Assembly (NCBI GenBank): GCA_965285935.1
Contig: OZ260661.1
Location: forward strand, 112,530,001-112,594,000
Source of the DNA: Ophelia neglecta
Lineage: Eukaryota
Direction: 5' to 3'
DNA: 64,000 nt
Shown piece after piece: positions 25,401 through 38,700 of the stretch. A program made the translations under genes and the position numbers. The notes beneath the pieces were generated by a model. That model saw nothing but the letters and a program-made list of their open reading frames with translations, ran no database searches and was not told the origin of the DNA. Every line of letters begins with the position of its first letter. Position 1 is the first letter of the stretch.

Positions 25401-27497
25401 TTATCTAAATACCGACTGATCAAGGTTTTTTACATACTCAAAGAAATATTCCGTGACTTCATCAAAATAAGGAAGTGTCTTTTTTATTTTCTCAGCCCAG
25501 CTGAGAATATTTTCAAAGGCAGAAAAATCAAATTGAACTATCCCTAAGTAAACCAGAGTACCTAGCATGGCCAGATCAGCTACAGAGACGGCTTCAACAA
25601 GAAATTCTTTGTCGGATAAATATTCGTTAATAGTTGCCAAATCCTTGTGCAGAGCTGTTCCTCCCTTAGGGTTGTATTCAGCGCCAGATTCCAAAGTTGG
25701 ATACTAAATCAGAATGTTTTATTTAACATAAGCACGTACATAAGTCACCTCTATGATGGAACGAATAAATTATCAAGCAAACACAAGATCATGTTTTAAA
25801 GAAAATGATAAGAAGATCTAGAGATTTGAAATGTTTCTCCAAGCGCTAACTAAGGAAAGACCCTGAAATACTGTATACATAATTATATATATTAATGCCT
25901 GGACTATACTTTCTTGAGCCATACTTGCTTTATTTAATATCTCTAATTATGGAAATTGATTTCGAATGAAAGGTCGACGATTTAGAAAACATTTCCTCAA
26001 ACGAGACTTCCTAGTTATTCGCTAACTGAACAATTCCTTTGATATATTTTACTTACGATCCAGTCAGCAATCTTGGCAAGCAGGGCTGAGTTGAAATTAA
26101 GGAATTGTATGACAAGTGTTCTTTTCTTCAGGTCTTTCGGGAAGAGGTTATTATTTTCACCGAATTTCTCGCACAAATAATGAATTATTGCAGAACTGAA
26201 TTGAAGAAAATTTTTATTTAATTATTAAGTGCTTGCTATACAACACACGAATTTAGCGGTTTACATATTTATATATCATGAATATGTTTGTAGAGACGAA
26301 CAAAACTATAATATTAACATCAGAGAGAAGATACATGGCTTTATATTTACAAGAACTGACTTAATGTTATGTGGAATTTAATTTTTTTTTTAATTCAACA
26401 AGTTCATGTTCGGTTTAACTACCTTTCGTACACACAAAATCCTTGGTCGCTGATTGCTGGTAGTGTACTGAATGGATTCACCTGAAATTAACAATTTATT
26501 TTAATACTTTAATTACATATTGAGCATATGGTTTATATTAGTTCCTCAATTTGTATCATAATATCCCACCAGACAAAATCAATAAGAACCAGAAATACAG
26601 TTATAACAACAAATAAAGGTGCATTCATTTCCGACTTTGAGTTATTGACACAACATTTAATTTTACTTTGTTAAAATTCTCATCTTCTTTGCTGGTTTAA
26701 ATTGTTGTCAGCCAAAACCTGCGATGTGCAACATCGAAGGATTTGCGCGACAGTAAGTGATATCAATAAATAAACAAACAAACAATGGCATTTTTTCATT
26801 TCATTTTAAACACTCTTTTGAGCTTCTGCTTCTGAACAGGAAAATTTTGCATAAGGCACTATAAATTGTCCAACTATGCAGAAAATAGTCACACAACGGG
26901 GTCTACCAGTCTTGAATTCTTTGTGCATCGCTGTGGCAGGACACGACCATCACATATTTTCATCCATCTGGCTTGCTAGTAAGTTGAATTTCTTGAATTT
27001 TCACAATAATAGATTTTTGTCTATTTTTATTGCTTTTCTTAGGTTTCTGTCAAAATGATTATATCTTAAACTGTTAAGCAACACTGGATGCTTATATTTG
27101 TGCAATACCATGTGGCCATTAAGGTTTTAACAAAATTAAGACATTTAATTTCTTATTGATTGTCTCAAAAGTCAATTATACACTTAGGACGTCTTGATAG
27201 TAAAACTACTATATTTTAACTGTCGGTGACAAAACGTCCGGTCACATACCCTGGCATGCTCTCTAAGATTGCACCTGAGGTGAACTTGAACAATTGCTTC
27301 TGTTCGGGCCCATGTCAAAGTTTAAATAAGGCCAATTCAATAATTGTACTTACCGTCGAGTATTCATGGCCCAAGTGTTCCTTTTTTATGACGTCAACTT
27401 TTTTCAGATCAACGTCAACAGACAATGCTTTCAACACCAAATGAACAGACAAACAGGGAGGACTGGCGGCATGGTAATAAAACTGTACAGCAGTCAT
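25401..27497 (-). CDS. Cytosolic glutathione S-transferase, theta/delta-like, 214 aa, 4 exons
   Basis: Exons 27497-27354, 26481-26423, 26195-26057, 25703-25401 total 645 nt in frame. Motifs YYHAASPPC (Ser active site), VNPFSTLPAISDQGFCVYESSAIIHYL, LFPKDLKKR and SVADLA. Confidence 0.93.
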
Positions 27498-28234
27498 ATT
27501 TCTCGATATTGAAATATTGTAGTATAATAGAAGTGTCGGATAAACGAGACTGTAAACCCGTTCAATGATTAGACAGTTTACTGGGTCATATGTCAAATGT
27601 GAATCATTATCTCTATGTGAGAGTGAGATACCAAAAGGGATATTAGGTCTAGATAGTATTACTTATGTCTTGACCGATGTGTTCGTGAAATGATTGATGG
27701 AATCTTAGTTGTGCGTCTTGTACACAGATGCTTGAGGGAGTTGTCATCATTATTTATAAACACATCAAAGGAGAATCAATTAATAATAATAAAAAGTGGT
27801 CAAACATATCAATTTTTTAAACAAACGTAGGAACAAAGCCTGACAACCAAAGAGGAAACATTGCACAAATTAAACCTATGTCCAAAAACACAACGCCTAA
27901 AATGATCTAAACGAAAAGAACAGTTTATTCTGAGCACCATGTTACCTTGTAATGGAGATTTAATTCAATCCACAGTACCGGATCATACACCCAAAGCCAA
28001 GGATAGGTTGCAGGAAGCTGAACACAAAAATTACAACTGGTATCGTTCATTTAAAAATACACCATATACTATACAGAAAGGTTGGTCTCCTGGTAGCCTA
28101 TTTGAAAGACGGTTTATTTATTTCTTCACACTTATAGCTGAATTTAGCAGCCCACCACGGCAGTCCGACAGTCGACTTACTCATTTCTTCACCCTTATGA
28201 TCATTCAGTAGTCCACCAAGGCTTTAACGTAATT

Positions 28235-28350
28235 ATATTGCACTGAAAAAACTTCCTAGGGGTCGTTTAACATGCATAAATTACACTGAAAAACTTCCTA
28301 CGGGTTCATTAAGCATGTGTTAATTGCACTGAAAAACATCCTATGGGTCA
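28235..28350 (+). repeat. Degenerate tandem repeat of about 43 bp (ATTGCACTGAAAAACTTCCTA core, 3 copies) with related copies near 28470 and 29080
   Basis: The same core recurs at about 28237, 28280 and 28323. Similar flanks GTTTAGTAA..AATGCACTGAAA..GTTAATT appear at about 28440-28510 and 29050-29120. Confidence 0.6.
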
Positions 28351-29157
28351 TTTTGCAGCGATTGATGTCAATTTTAAACATAGACGTTCCTTGGATTGGC
28401 CGCAGTTTGTTATTTGAATTACCACCTTCAAAGGAAACGTTTAGTAAACCAGTTGTGTTCAATTCTCATTTAATGCACTGAAATGTATTGTACTAGTTAA
28501 TTCATGACTATTTATTCCATATTTGTTCATTTATGAAATAAATGTGTATCAAGAACTAGCCTCTGTACCTGACGGCCGTCAGAACCCTTGGTCGGAAACC
28601 GGTGGACAATTACGGAAAAAAAAATTATGGTCTCAAAATATGCCATGTGACCTAAAACGTCGAACAAAAGCACTCTAAGACCATGATTTGTTTAGAAATT
28701 TTACCTTTTAAATTGAAATACAGTAACTAAATCCCTTATTTTTTGTTAATTGCATCAAAACGTGTTCTAGGAGTCATTTGGATTGGATTGATGTCAAATA
28801 CAAATTTTGGCAGCCTTTAGATTAGCCAGTTCCTTATTCGAATTTCAACTTTTATAATGAATTTTATTAACCTTATTCCAATTTGATCCTTTTAAGTGAA
28901 ATTTTAGTAATCCAATCGACTTAAGTTTGCGTATATTGTATGTAAAGTCGCGCTTAGGGTAATTTGGCATCAACTGCTATCAATTACAAACACTTGCAGC
29001 CCATAAATTTGCCATTTTCCTAAACGAATTTCAACTTTCAAAATGGCAGTTTAGTAAGCCAATCACATTGCATAGTTATTAATTGCACTGAAAAATGTTG
29101 TCCTGGTTAATTTTTACTATTCCTACCATAATTGTTTAACAAAATACATACAAGGTA

Positions 29158-29335
29158 CAGTGAAACCTGTGTTTGTGGTCACCTGTGTAAGAAGGGCACC
29201 TGCCCAATAAGGTCAGTTATTAAAAGCCCAATCCCCATTTATGCCCATGTTAACTGGCCTGCCTATTACGGTCACCTGCATAATGTGGTCAGTTTTTTCA
29301 GTCCCTTAACTGACCAGATTAGACATGTTTCACCG
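29158..29335. mobile_element. Tc1/mariner (pogo-like) MITE, CAGTGAAACCT family
   Basis: TA|CAGTGAAACCTGT ... ACATGTTTCACCG, with internal GGTCACCTG repeats. Confidence 0.7.
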
Positions 29336-29738
29336 AATTGGGGATTAGCTTCCAACGCGAGTGTCGGAGAACCTAGGAACTGGTCTCAAACTTCAGCTCG
29401 CGTTAAGATCGGTGTTTTTTTGTGTGTTGCCGACATGCAATTTAATAAAAGGATCGATGACACTAATTCGGCATTAATATATTATGTACACAAGCAATTT
29501 ATTTCACTAATATCTACATAGGAGTTTGATAAAATGTCTAATAAAATCTCAAGTTGGGTAACGCATGTTTAAAAAATCAACAGACAAGTTATTATACGGT
29601 AAAACACTATAAAATGATTAGTTTTGGACAAAAATGTATTTCAACATTTTAGTAACTTTACTTGATAAGCACATTCTAACGCGGTAAATTTTGAATTAAA
29701 ATCCAGTCCACAAGTCGATTATTTTTTCACTAAGTGTT

Positions 29739-32700
29739 CTAATAAAACAGTCCCAATAGCTTCATGTACCATTTCTTTTCATTAGATTTTTTCCTATTAA
29801 TATCGGGCATACAGTATGCCTTGCAACTGTCCTCTGTCCTAAAATTGTTGCTGTTGCCACGGCAACCCCCATAGATGAATGTTTTACACATTTTGCTGAG
29901 TGGGTCGTAGTGCCATCTCTCTATGCTGGCACGGCATCGCCCCGTCTCTGGCTCCTGAGCACACGCCTCTGCAAAAACAAAAACAAATACAATATAGGCC
30001 TATATAAAGGATTATCGGGGATAAGGGGAGAGTATATGATTCATAATTCAAGGGGGAGCTCAAGTATACGAGTTATGGATTTAAATCACCAAATAAACGT
30101 GCAAGAGTACTTCAATAATTTAATCGAGGTTCTTAACTGAAAGTAATCTAAAACGATTACCTCTTCTTCCGCTTACGACTACCATGTCGACCAACTTGGA
30201 TTTTGTCTTCGGTGGCCTGGGAGCACATTTGCAAATCTCACAACCGAGGTTGTCTTTCCTAAAGCCGAATTTACATTTCTTCAAACAGTTGCGTTCTGGG
30301 CATTTGTTTTTCTCTTCTTCCGGCGATGGTGCGCATTCACATTTATCACATCCATGCTCGTCCTTGGTAAACCCGTGTTCACAGTACATGTAACATGATG
30401 CCCTGGAACACTCGCGGCATTCACAGATTTCACACCCATTATCGTCCTCTTTAAACCCATGTTCACAATACATACGACATTGTACTTTGCTACATTCGAC
30501 TTCTGGTTCCGGTTCCGGGGCGCATTCACATTTATCACATCCTTCTTCGTCTTTGGTAAACCCGTGTTCACAGTGCATCCTGCACATAAAAGGGCTGCAT
30601 TGGTTACATTTACAAATTTCACATCCATTTTCGTCCTTCTTAAACCCATGTTGACAATACATACGACATTGTACTTTGCTACATTCGACTTCAGGTTCCG
30701 GTTCCGGGGCGCATTCACATTTATCGCATCCATGCTCGTCCTTGGTAAACCCGTGTTCACAGTACATGTAGCATGATGCCCTGGAACACTCGCGGCATTC
30801 ACAGATTTCACAACCATTATCATCCTCTTTAAACCCATGTTCACAATACATACGACATTGTACTTTGCTACATTCGACTTCTGGTTCCGGTTCCGGGGCG
30901 CATTCACATTTATCACATCCTTCTTCGTCTTTGGTAAACCCGTGTTCACAGTGCATCCTGCACATAAATGGGCTGCATTGGTTACATTTACAAATTTCAC
31001 ATCCATTTTCGTCCTTCTTAAACCCATGTTGACAATACATACGACATTGTACTTTGCTACATTCGACTTCTGGTTCCGGTTCCGGGGCGCATTCACATTT
31101 ATCACATCCATGCTCATCCTTGGTAAACCCGTGTTCACAGTACATGTAGCATGATGCCCTGGAACACTCGCGGCATTCACAGATTTCACACCCATTATCG
31201 TCCTCTTTAAACCCATGTTCACAATACATACGACATTGAACTTTGCTGCATTCGACTTCTGGTTCCGGTTCCGGGGCGCATTCACATTTATCGCATCCAT
31301 GCTCGTCCTTGGTAAACCCGTGTTCACAGTACATGTAGCATGATGCCCTGGAACACTCGCGGCATTCACAGATTTCACACCCATTATCGTCCTCTTTAAA
31401 CCCATGTTCACAATACATAAGACATTGTACTTTGCTGCATTCGACTTCTGGTTCCGGTTCCGGGGCGCATTCACATTTATCACATCCTTCTTCGTCTTTG
31501 GTAAACCCATGTTCACAGTGCATCCTGCACATAAAAGGGCTGCATCGGTTACATTCACAAATTTCACATCCATTTTCGTCCTTCTTAAACCCATGTTGAC
31601 AATACATACGACATTGTACTTTGCTACATTCGACTTCTGGTTCCGGTTCCGGGGCGCATTCACATTTATCACATCCATGCTCGTCCTTGGTAAACCCGTG
31701 TTCACAGTACATGTAGCATGATGCCCTGGAACACTCGCGGCATTCACAGATTTCACACCCATTATCGTCCTCTTTAAACCCATGTTCACAATACATACGA
31801 CATTGAACTTTGCTACATTCGACTTCTGGTTCCGGTTCCGGGGCGCACTCACATTTATCACATCCTTCTTCGTCTTTTGTAAACCCGTGTTCACAGAACA
31901 TCCTGCACATGACAGGGCTGCATCGGTTACATTCACAAATTTCACATCCATTTTCGTCCTTCTTAAACCCGTGTTGACAATACATACGACATTGTACTTT
32001 GCTACATTCGACTTCTGGTTCCGGTTCCGGGGCGCATTCACATTTATCACATCCATGCTCATCCTTGGTAAACCCGTGTTCACAGTACATGTAACATGAA
32101 GCCCTGGAACACTCGCGGCATTCACAGATTTCACATCCATTATCGTCCTCTTTAAACCCATGTTCACAATACATACGACATTGTACTTTGCTACATTCGA
32201 CTTCTGGCTCCGGTTCCGGGGCACATTCACATTTATCACATCCATACTCGTCTTTGGCAAACCCGTGTTCACAGTACATAAAGCAACTATATATTGGGCA
32301 TTGGTTGCACTCACAGATATCGCATCCATTGTCGTCCTTCTTAAACCCATGTTCGCAATACATACGGCACTGAACTCTGCTACATTCGACTACTGGTTCT
32401 GGTTCCGGGGCGCATTCACACTTATCACATCCCTGTTCGTCTTTCGTGAACCCGTGTTCGCAATACATCAGGCACGATACGGGGCTACATTCAGCTTCAG
32501 GAACGGAAGCACACTCACATTTATGACACCCATTATCATCCTTGACAAATCCATTTTCGCAAAACATCGCACACATTACAGGACTACATTCAGGTTCAGG
32601 GGCAGGGGCACATTTGCACTTATCACATCCGTTGTCATCCGTCTCAAATCCATGTTCGCAAAACATTGCGCACATTACTGGACTGCAATGGGGTCGTTCA

Positions 32701-35700
32701 GCGGTCATGCATTCGCACATGTCACAGCCTTGCTCATTTTTGACAAAACCATGTTCACAATGCATTAAACAATTGTTGATTGGGCATTCATTACATTGGC
32801 AAATATCGCAACCATTTGTGTCTTTCTTGTAGCCATGTTGACAATACATCCGACATTGCATTCTGCTGCAATCTGGTTCTGGCTGTGGTGCACATTCACA
32901 TTTGTCACACCCGTTTTCGTCTTTGACAAAACCATGTTCACAGAACATTGCGCACATAACAGGGCTGCATTCTGGTTCCGGCTGTGGCGCACAAACACAG
33001 AGTTGGCAACCGAGGCTGTTTGATCGATAGCCATGTTCACACTCTAACTCACATTCAAACTTAGCACATCCTACTGGTTGAGGTTCTAGCGCACATTCGC
33101 ACATCTCACAGCCCCTATCATCCCACATGTGACCGTGTTCACACTCAAGGTGACACACAAAGGTACCACATACATTATGCGGCCTCTGGGGAAGGAACTG
33201 TGCCGCACTCTCGTCAGGGTTGCACTCGCATGCAGGACAGCCGAACTGGTCGTGTTTAAAGCCATATTCACAGTACATATTGCAGGTTGGGGGACAGGCT
33301 AGAGGACGAGGCTCCGTGCCAGGTACCCGACACTGACAGCGGTCGCAACCAGAATGGTCCTTCACGTAACCATGCTCACAATGCATATAACACGAAGTAG
33401 GAGGACAGTTTGGTTCACGACAACGACAATTCTCACATCCTCGAGAGTCGGGAATCTTTTCGCAGTCTTCTGGGCAGTCAATGACCCCGCACCGTACCTG
33501 TTCTGGTGCGCAAGCACACATGTCACACCCGTTAACATCTTTCTGGAATCCATGCTCACAATGCATATAACACGAAGTAGGAGGACAGTTTGGTTTACGA
33601 CAACGGCAATTCTCACATCCTCGAGAGTCGAGAAACTTTTCGCAGTCTTCTGGGCAGTCAATGACCCCGCATCGTACCTGTTCTGGTGCGCAAGCACACA
33701 GGTCACACCCGTTAACATCTTTCTGGAATCCGTGCTCACAAAACATTGCACACATGACATCGCTGCATTCAGCCGGCGGTGGGGCACAGCGACAAATCTC
33801 TTCTCCTTTCCCGTCTAGCTGGAAACCAAACTCACAGTGAATAGCGCACTGAATCCTGGGTTGGTCGGCTGAGTGATTTCTGCACCTACAGACTTCGCAT
33901 CCAAAATCATCCTGCTGAAATCCGTGTCGGCAGAACATGGCGCATGCGATGGGCGAACAATGGGGCTCCTCCCGACATTCACATAATTCGCAGCCGTTAG
34001 CATCGTGCTGAAACCCGTGCTCGCAGAACATGAAGCAGGCAATGTCGGAGTTAGGACATGTGGGAGGATCATTACATTCGCAGATCTCGCAACCATTTTG
34101 GTCCATCTTAAAGCCGTGTTCGCAGAACATGTTGCACCGAGCAGGACTACATAATGTGGATCGTGGCGGGGCGTCCTTACACTGACAAAGGCTACATCCA
34201 TTCCTGTTCTGAACATAACCATGGGGGCAGTGCATTAAACATTGAAGGGGCGAACACTTAGGGGAGGAGCACTCACAAACATCACATCCGTCCTCGTCCT
34301 TCTTAAAGCCATGTTCACAGAACATAGCGCACCCGACCAGGGTACTACATTCATTTTCAGCTTCGATCTCGGCGCATTGGCAGATTTCACAACCGTTTTC
34401 ATCTTCGGCAAATCCCTGGTCACAATGCATTGCGCACTGTATGCGGTTGCAGTCAGGTTCTGGTTCGAAACACTCGCAAATCTCGCAGTCGTTTTCGTCC
34501 TTCTTAAAGCCTTGCGGACATGACATCAAACACTGGTTGTCCGGGCAAATGGCCATTACAGCAGGCTCTGTGTTACACACGCAGATATCGCATCCTCTGG
34601 CATTTTTTTGGAAGCCGTGTTCACAATATTTGCGACACATGTATATGCCACAAATCTCGTCCTTAGTGGCGCATTCGCATAGTTCACACCCTCTTCCATC
34701 CTTTTTGAAGCCGAATGGGCATTTCATGGCACAGTTAAGGACTGTAGGACACTGTCCGGCACATCGACAGAGAGGACATCCACTAGAATTTTTTTGGAAT
34801 CCGAAAGGGCAGTCCATATCACACATCACCGGTGGGCACATAGGAGGGTCAAGACACGCGCATGTGTCACAACCAGTGGCGCCATCTACTCTGCGTCCAT
34901 AGGGGCAGAAAATGCGGCATTCGGCATGTGGGCAAGCGAAGTTAGCGATTTTTCGGGATGACAGAGTGAGTGCAGCACATTCACAAGTGGCACATCCGCT
35001 TTTGTCAACCTGGAATCCTCCGGGACACTCCATCATACACTGAACTTCTGGGCAGGAGGCGTCTAAATCACATTCGCAGAGTGGGCAGTCCAACTGGTCA
35101 GTCTTATATCCCAAAGGGCAGTACATATGACACTGGAATGACTGGCAGTTGGGCGGTTCGCGGCATTGACAAGTGTCACAGCCAGTGTCGTCTACCATGA
35201 AACCATGCGGGCATTGATTAAGGCATGCGTTTGCCGGGCAACTGGCGCATTCACACAGGTTACAGCCAATGGAGTCTTTGCTTAAACCATATTCACAGTG
35301 CATGTCACACTCTATCTCAGGACAATGCTCACGAGTGGCCAAGGGAAAACGGTTGCAGGTGCAGGTCTCACAACCAGCATCGTCTATTGTGCGGCCAAAT
35401 TCGCAGTAGATTAAACAATGCTTCAGGGGACACTCTGAAGGAGGGTCTGCACATTCACACAAGTCACAGCCTCTTTCGTCTCTCTTCATACCGTAGGGAC
35501 AGTCCAGGAACTGGCACCCAGTCAAAGGACACGGCTCATCGGCACACTCGCAAATCTCGCAGCCGTGGTCGTCCATCCTGAAGCCATGTTCACAGTGCAT
35601 CAGGCAGGTGATTGGGGGACACTGGTGGGAGGAAGGTATAACAACATCAGACTCAATGCATTCGCAAATGTCGCAACCATTCTCATCTTTCTTCATCCCC

Positions 35701-38700
35701 AACTCGCAGTATTTTCTGCACTTTTTTAGAGAACATTCTACTTCAGGCTGGGACGAATCCCTGGTATTTGGGTCATCGTTACAGACGCATAACTCGCAGC
35801 CGTCCTGGTCTACCTTAAATCCATGTTCACAGAACTTTCTACACCTCTTTCGGTTGCAATGTGGCTTACATTCGCAGACGATACAACCATTTGCGTCCTG
35901 GCGAAATCCGTCCGGACATTCCATGAGGCATTGTATCTCTGGACATTGGGGTGCTGTGTCTGCGCACTCGCAAACGTCACATCCAAGGGCGTCTTTCTTT
36001 AACCCCTTTTCACAATCCATCAGACATGTTATTGGCGGGCATTGTTCCTCTACATTCTTCATTTTCTCATCCAGGGCAGTAACACCTAAATTGGTAGACG
36101 AAGAAAATAATAAAGGCATGCATTTTAAATATATTTACCGGCCAACGGCAATTAACAATATCCTGTTTGTCTTAAACACCCCGCAGCCATCCCCCAGCCC
36201 AACCGTCGCCTGTGCCATGGGCGTAACATATTATTCTTATGGTCGGCTGAGGTTTATGCTTTCTTACTGGACGTGTATACCAAATGGTTGGTTTGAAAAG
36301 TAGTTTAACTGCAATTAGATTTAATCGAACTTGCATTCATGGCAAGATAAGCAAAGAAGAAACCATAAAAATTACTTCTGTATTTTGTGTTCCCCATATG
36401 CAGTTTATATTTACTATGCATGGTTTATATAACCCATGTAAATATACTGTAAACAGACATTTATCTATAGAAGTTTACACAGCAGTGGAGGAAATGACTG
36501 ACCTACTTTAACTTCGGGGCCCCAACAATGCTTTAAAATAGTTTCAATCATACCTTTGCACTTGCGTTCGCAGCGTCCCCTGGAACCGAAATTGTTGTGG
36601 TTGCCTCCACAGCCGCCATAGTTGAAGACTCGACATTCTCCCAGAGAAGAGTCATAGTACCATCGGCGTTCAAATGACTCGCAACTTCCTTGATCGGGAT
36701 CCAAGCGACACCGTTCTTGGTCTGAAAGAAAGTCAATTAGATAATGCTGTCCAAGTAAACGATAATTTAAAGACGCTGGGTAGGATAACAAATAAAATTC
36801 AAATAACTATCCAATATTTACAAATATTAACTATTGATTATTATTGGAAAAGTAGTTTAATTCATTCTTTTGTAGCAAGCATACACCATTGCTGACCAAC
36901 AAGCTGTAGTAGATCAATGGTCCACCAGGCACATGCGCAATGCAAAAAAGCCAGCGTGCACAAACCTATCACTCTAGGAGAATCAGGATTGGGACCGGTT
37001 ATGCATTCTCGGGTACAAGTCGCTTCACTATCGAAACGATTGTCATTCCCTTCACATCCTCCATAGATGAACTGCTCGCAGCGGTTATAAGTTGTGTCAT
37101 AATACCACATCCGATTGTAAGCAAGGCATGGCCCGGGATCTGGCTGGTAGCGGCACGTGTGAAGCGTTCTGGTGTGGCGTCCTGTGAGTCAAATTGAGCA
37201 AGTAAGCAAGCCATAGTAGCAATTTGCCTTTAAGCAAGAAGCGATGCGCAAATATTATTCAATTATTTTCATAGCAAAAGCAACATGCATGAACTGCTTC
37301 AGTATATCCATATGACATCATATAAAAATCAATTTTACCATTAATGAAAGCAGCTACCATACTTCTATCTGTTATGCTACTTACACACCTAAAGGTTTGA
37401 CAAAGTCACCTAGATTTAGTTTTTACTTCTATGAATTTGGTATTACTGTAATGACGTTACATAAATTAATATGTGACATTGCGTGGATTTACGGCAGCCA
37501 TGCGGAGGAGGAAAAGCGAAGTAGTGTACATATAATATCATCGAGGCCCTTGGCTACACACTACTTAGATGATCAAATCTCAATCGGAGATGATACAAAT
37601 GTCTTAAAGTAGCATTTGCGAATTAAATTGTGATAAGCTAGGAATACAAGCAAAGACTATTGTGGCCCCTAATGTGCACGGAATCAAGCGATTTATTCGC
37701 GGCTACTCATGGGGTGCAAACAAGCCGTAGACGAAATTAATTGTGCCGAGGTTAGCCAGAAACACTGATTTATTCCCATTAGGTGCACATCAACTCCTAC
37801 CGCAATATTAGGCGATAATACATCCAGACAATTAGCCGCGTGTGCTTTAAACACCACGGTTGTCTTTTTACTTAAAATACAATGGTATATTGCTTTGATA
37901 CCTTAACATTATGTTGAGATTGTAAGATTCGAGGTTGTACAGAAAAAATCTTGTTCACCGTTTGCTGCAAATATTATCCGAAATGAAGGCACTACATTTA
38001 TAGCACAATTTCATAGAAGTAAGAACTGTTATACAGTGAAACCTGTGAATTAAGACCACAAAAGGGACTGGAAATGCTGGTCTGAATAGGAGGTGGTCTG
38101 TTTAGACAGGTTTATGTATATTGAAAGTGTGCATAATGGTCTTCATTCTAGTGGTCTGACTTGGCAGGTGGTCTGATTATAGAGGTGGTCTTTAAGGCAG
38201 GTTTCACTTCAGGGTGATGCATTAATCAGTGTCGAATATTCTTGAAACACATATCATGCTTGGAAAAAAATGATCAAGAACCCTTTACAGCAAACAGTGC
38301 AAGCCAACATGCTCAAGATCTGCCTAACTATAGTTTACTTTAGATTGTTTCGGTATCTCAATTGTAAAAAATAAATTCATTTGCCGCGGATATTCTCCAA
38401 CATCGTGCGTTTAAAACAAAGAACCTTTGATATTTGTCTAGAACCTTCACACCAAGGACAGATAGCATTACCAGTCCCACTTGAGTTTGGTACTTATAAT
38501 TATAATAACTATATGATATTTGCTGTACATTGCACTATATCAAGCCGGTACATCGGGACATGCGGGTATTTACAGGTATTTACATCTGATAAACAGTGAA
38601 GACTGTGAATTAAGACCTCCAAAGTGACTGGAAACCACTGGTCTGATTTGTGGTCTGAATTGGAAGGTGGTCTGATTATAGAGGTGGTCTTTAAGGCAGG

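Noticed and set aside
30281-32768. 689-aa alternative-frame ORF and repeated 105-aa plus-strand ORFs
   Set aside because: Shadow ORFs produced by amplification of a stop-free 189-bp unit. They have no independent splice or start context.
30120-36119. The 1999-aa ORF as a standalone gene or giant metallothionein
   Set aside because: Its ends run into intron sequence (acceptor at 36085, donor at 30161). The Cys spacing, signal peptide and paired Cys loss fit disulfide-bonded antistasin modules.
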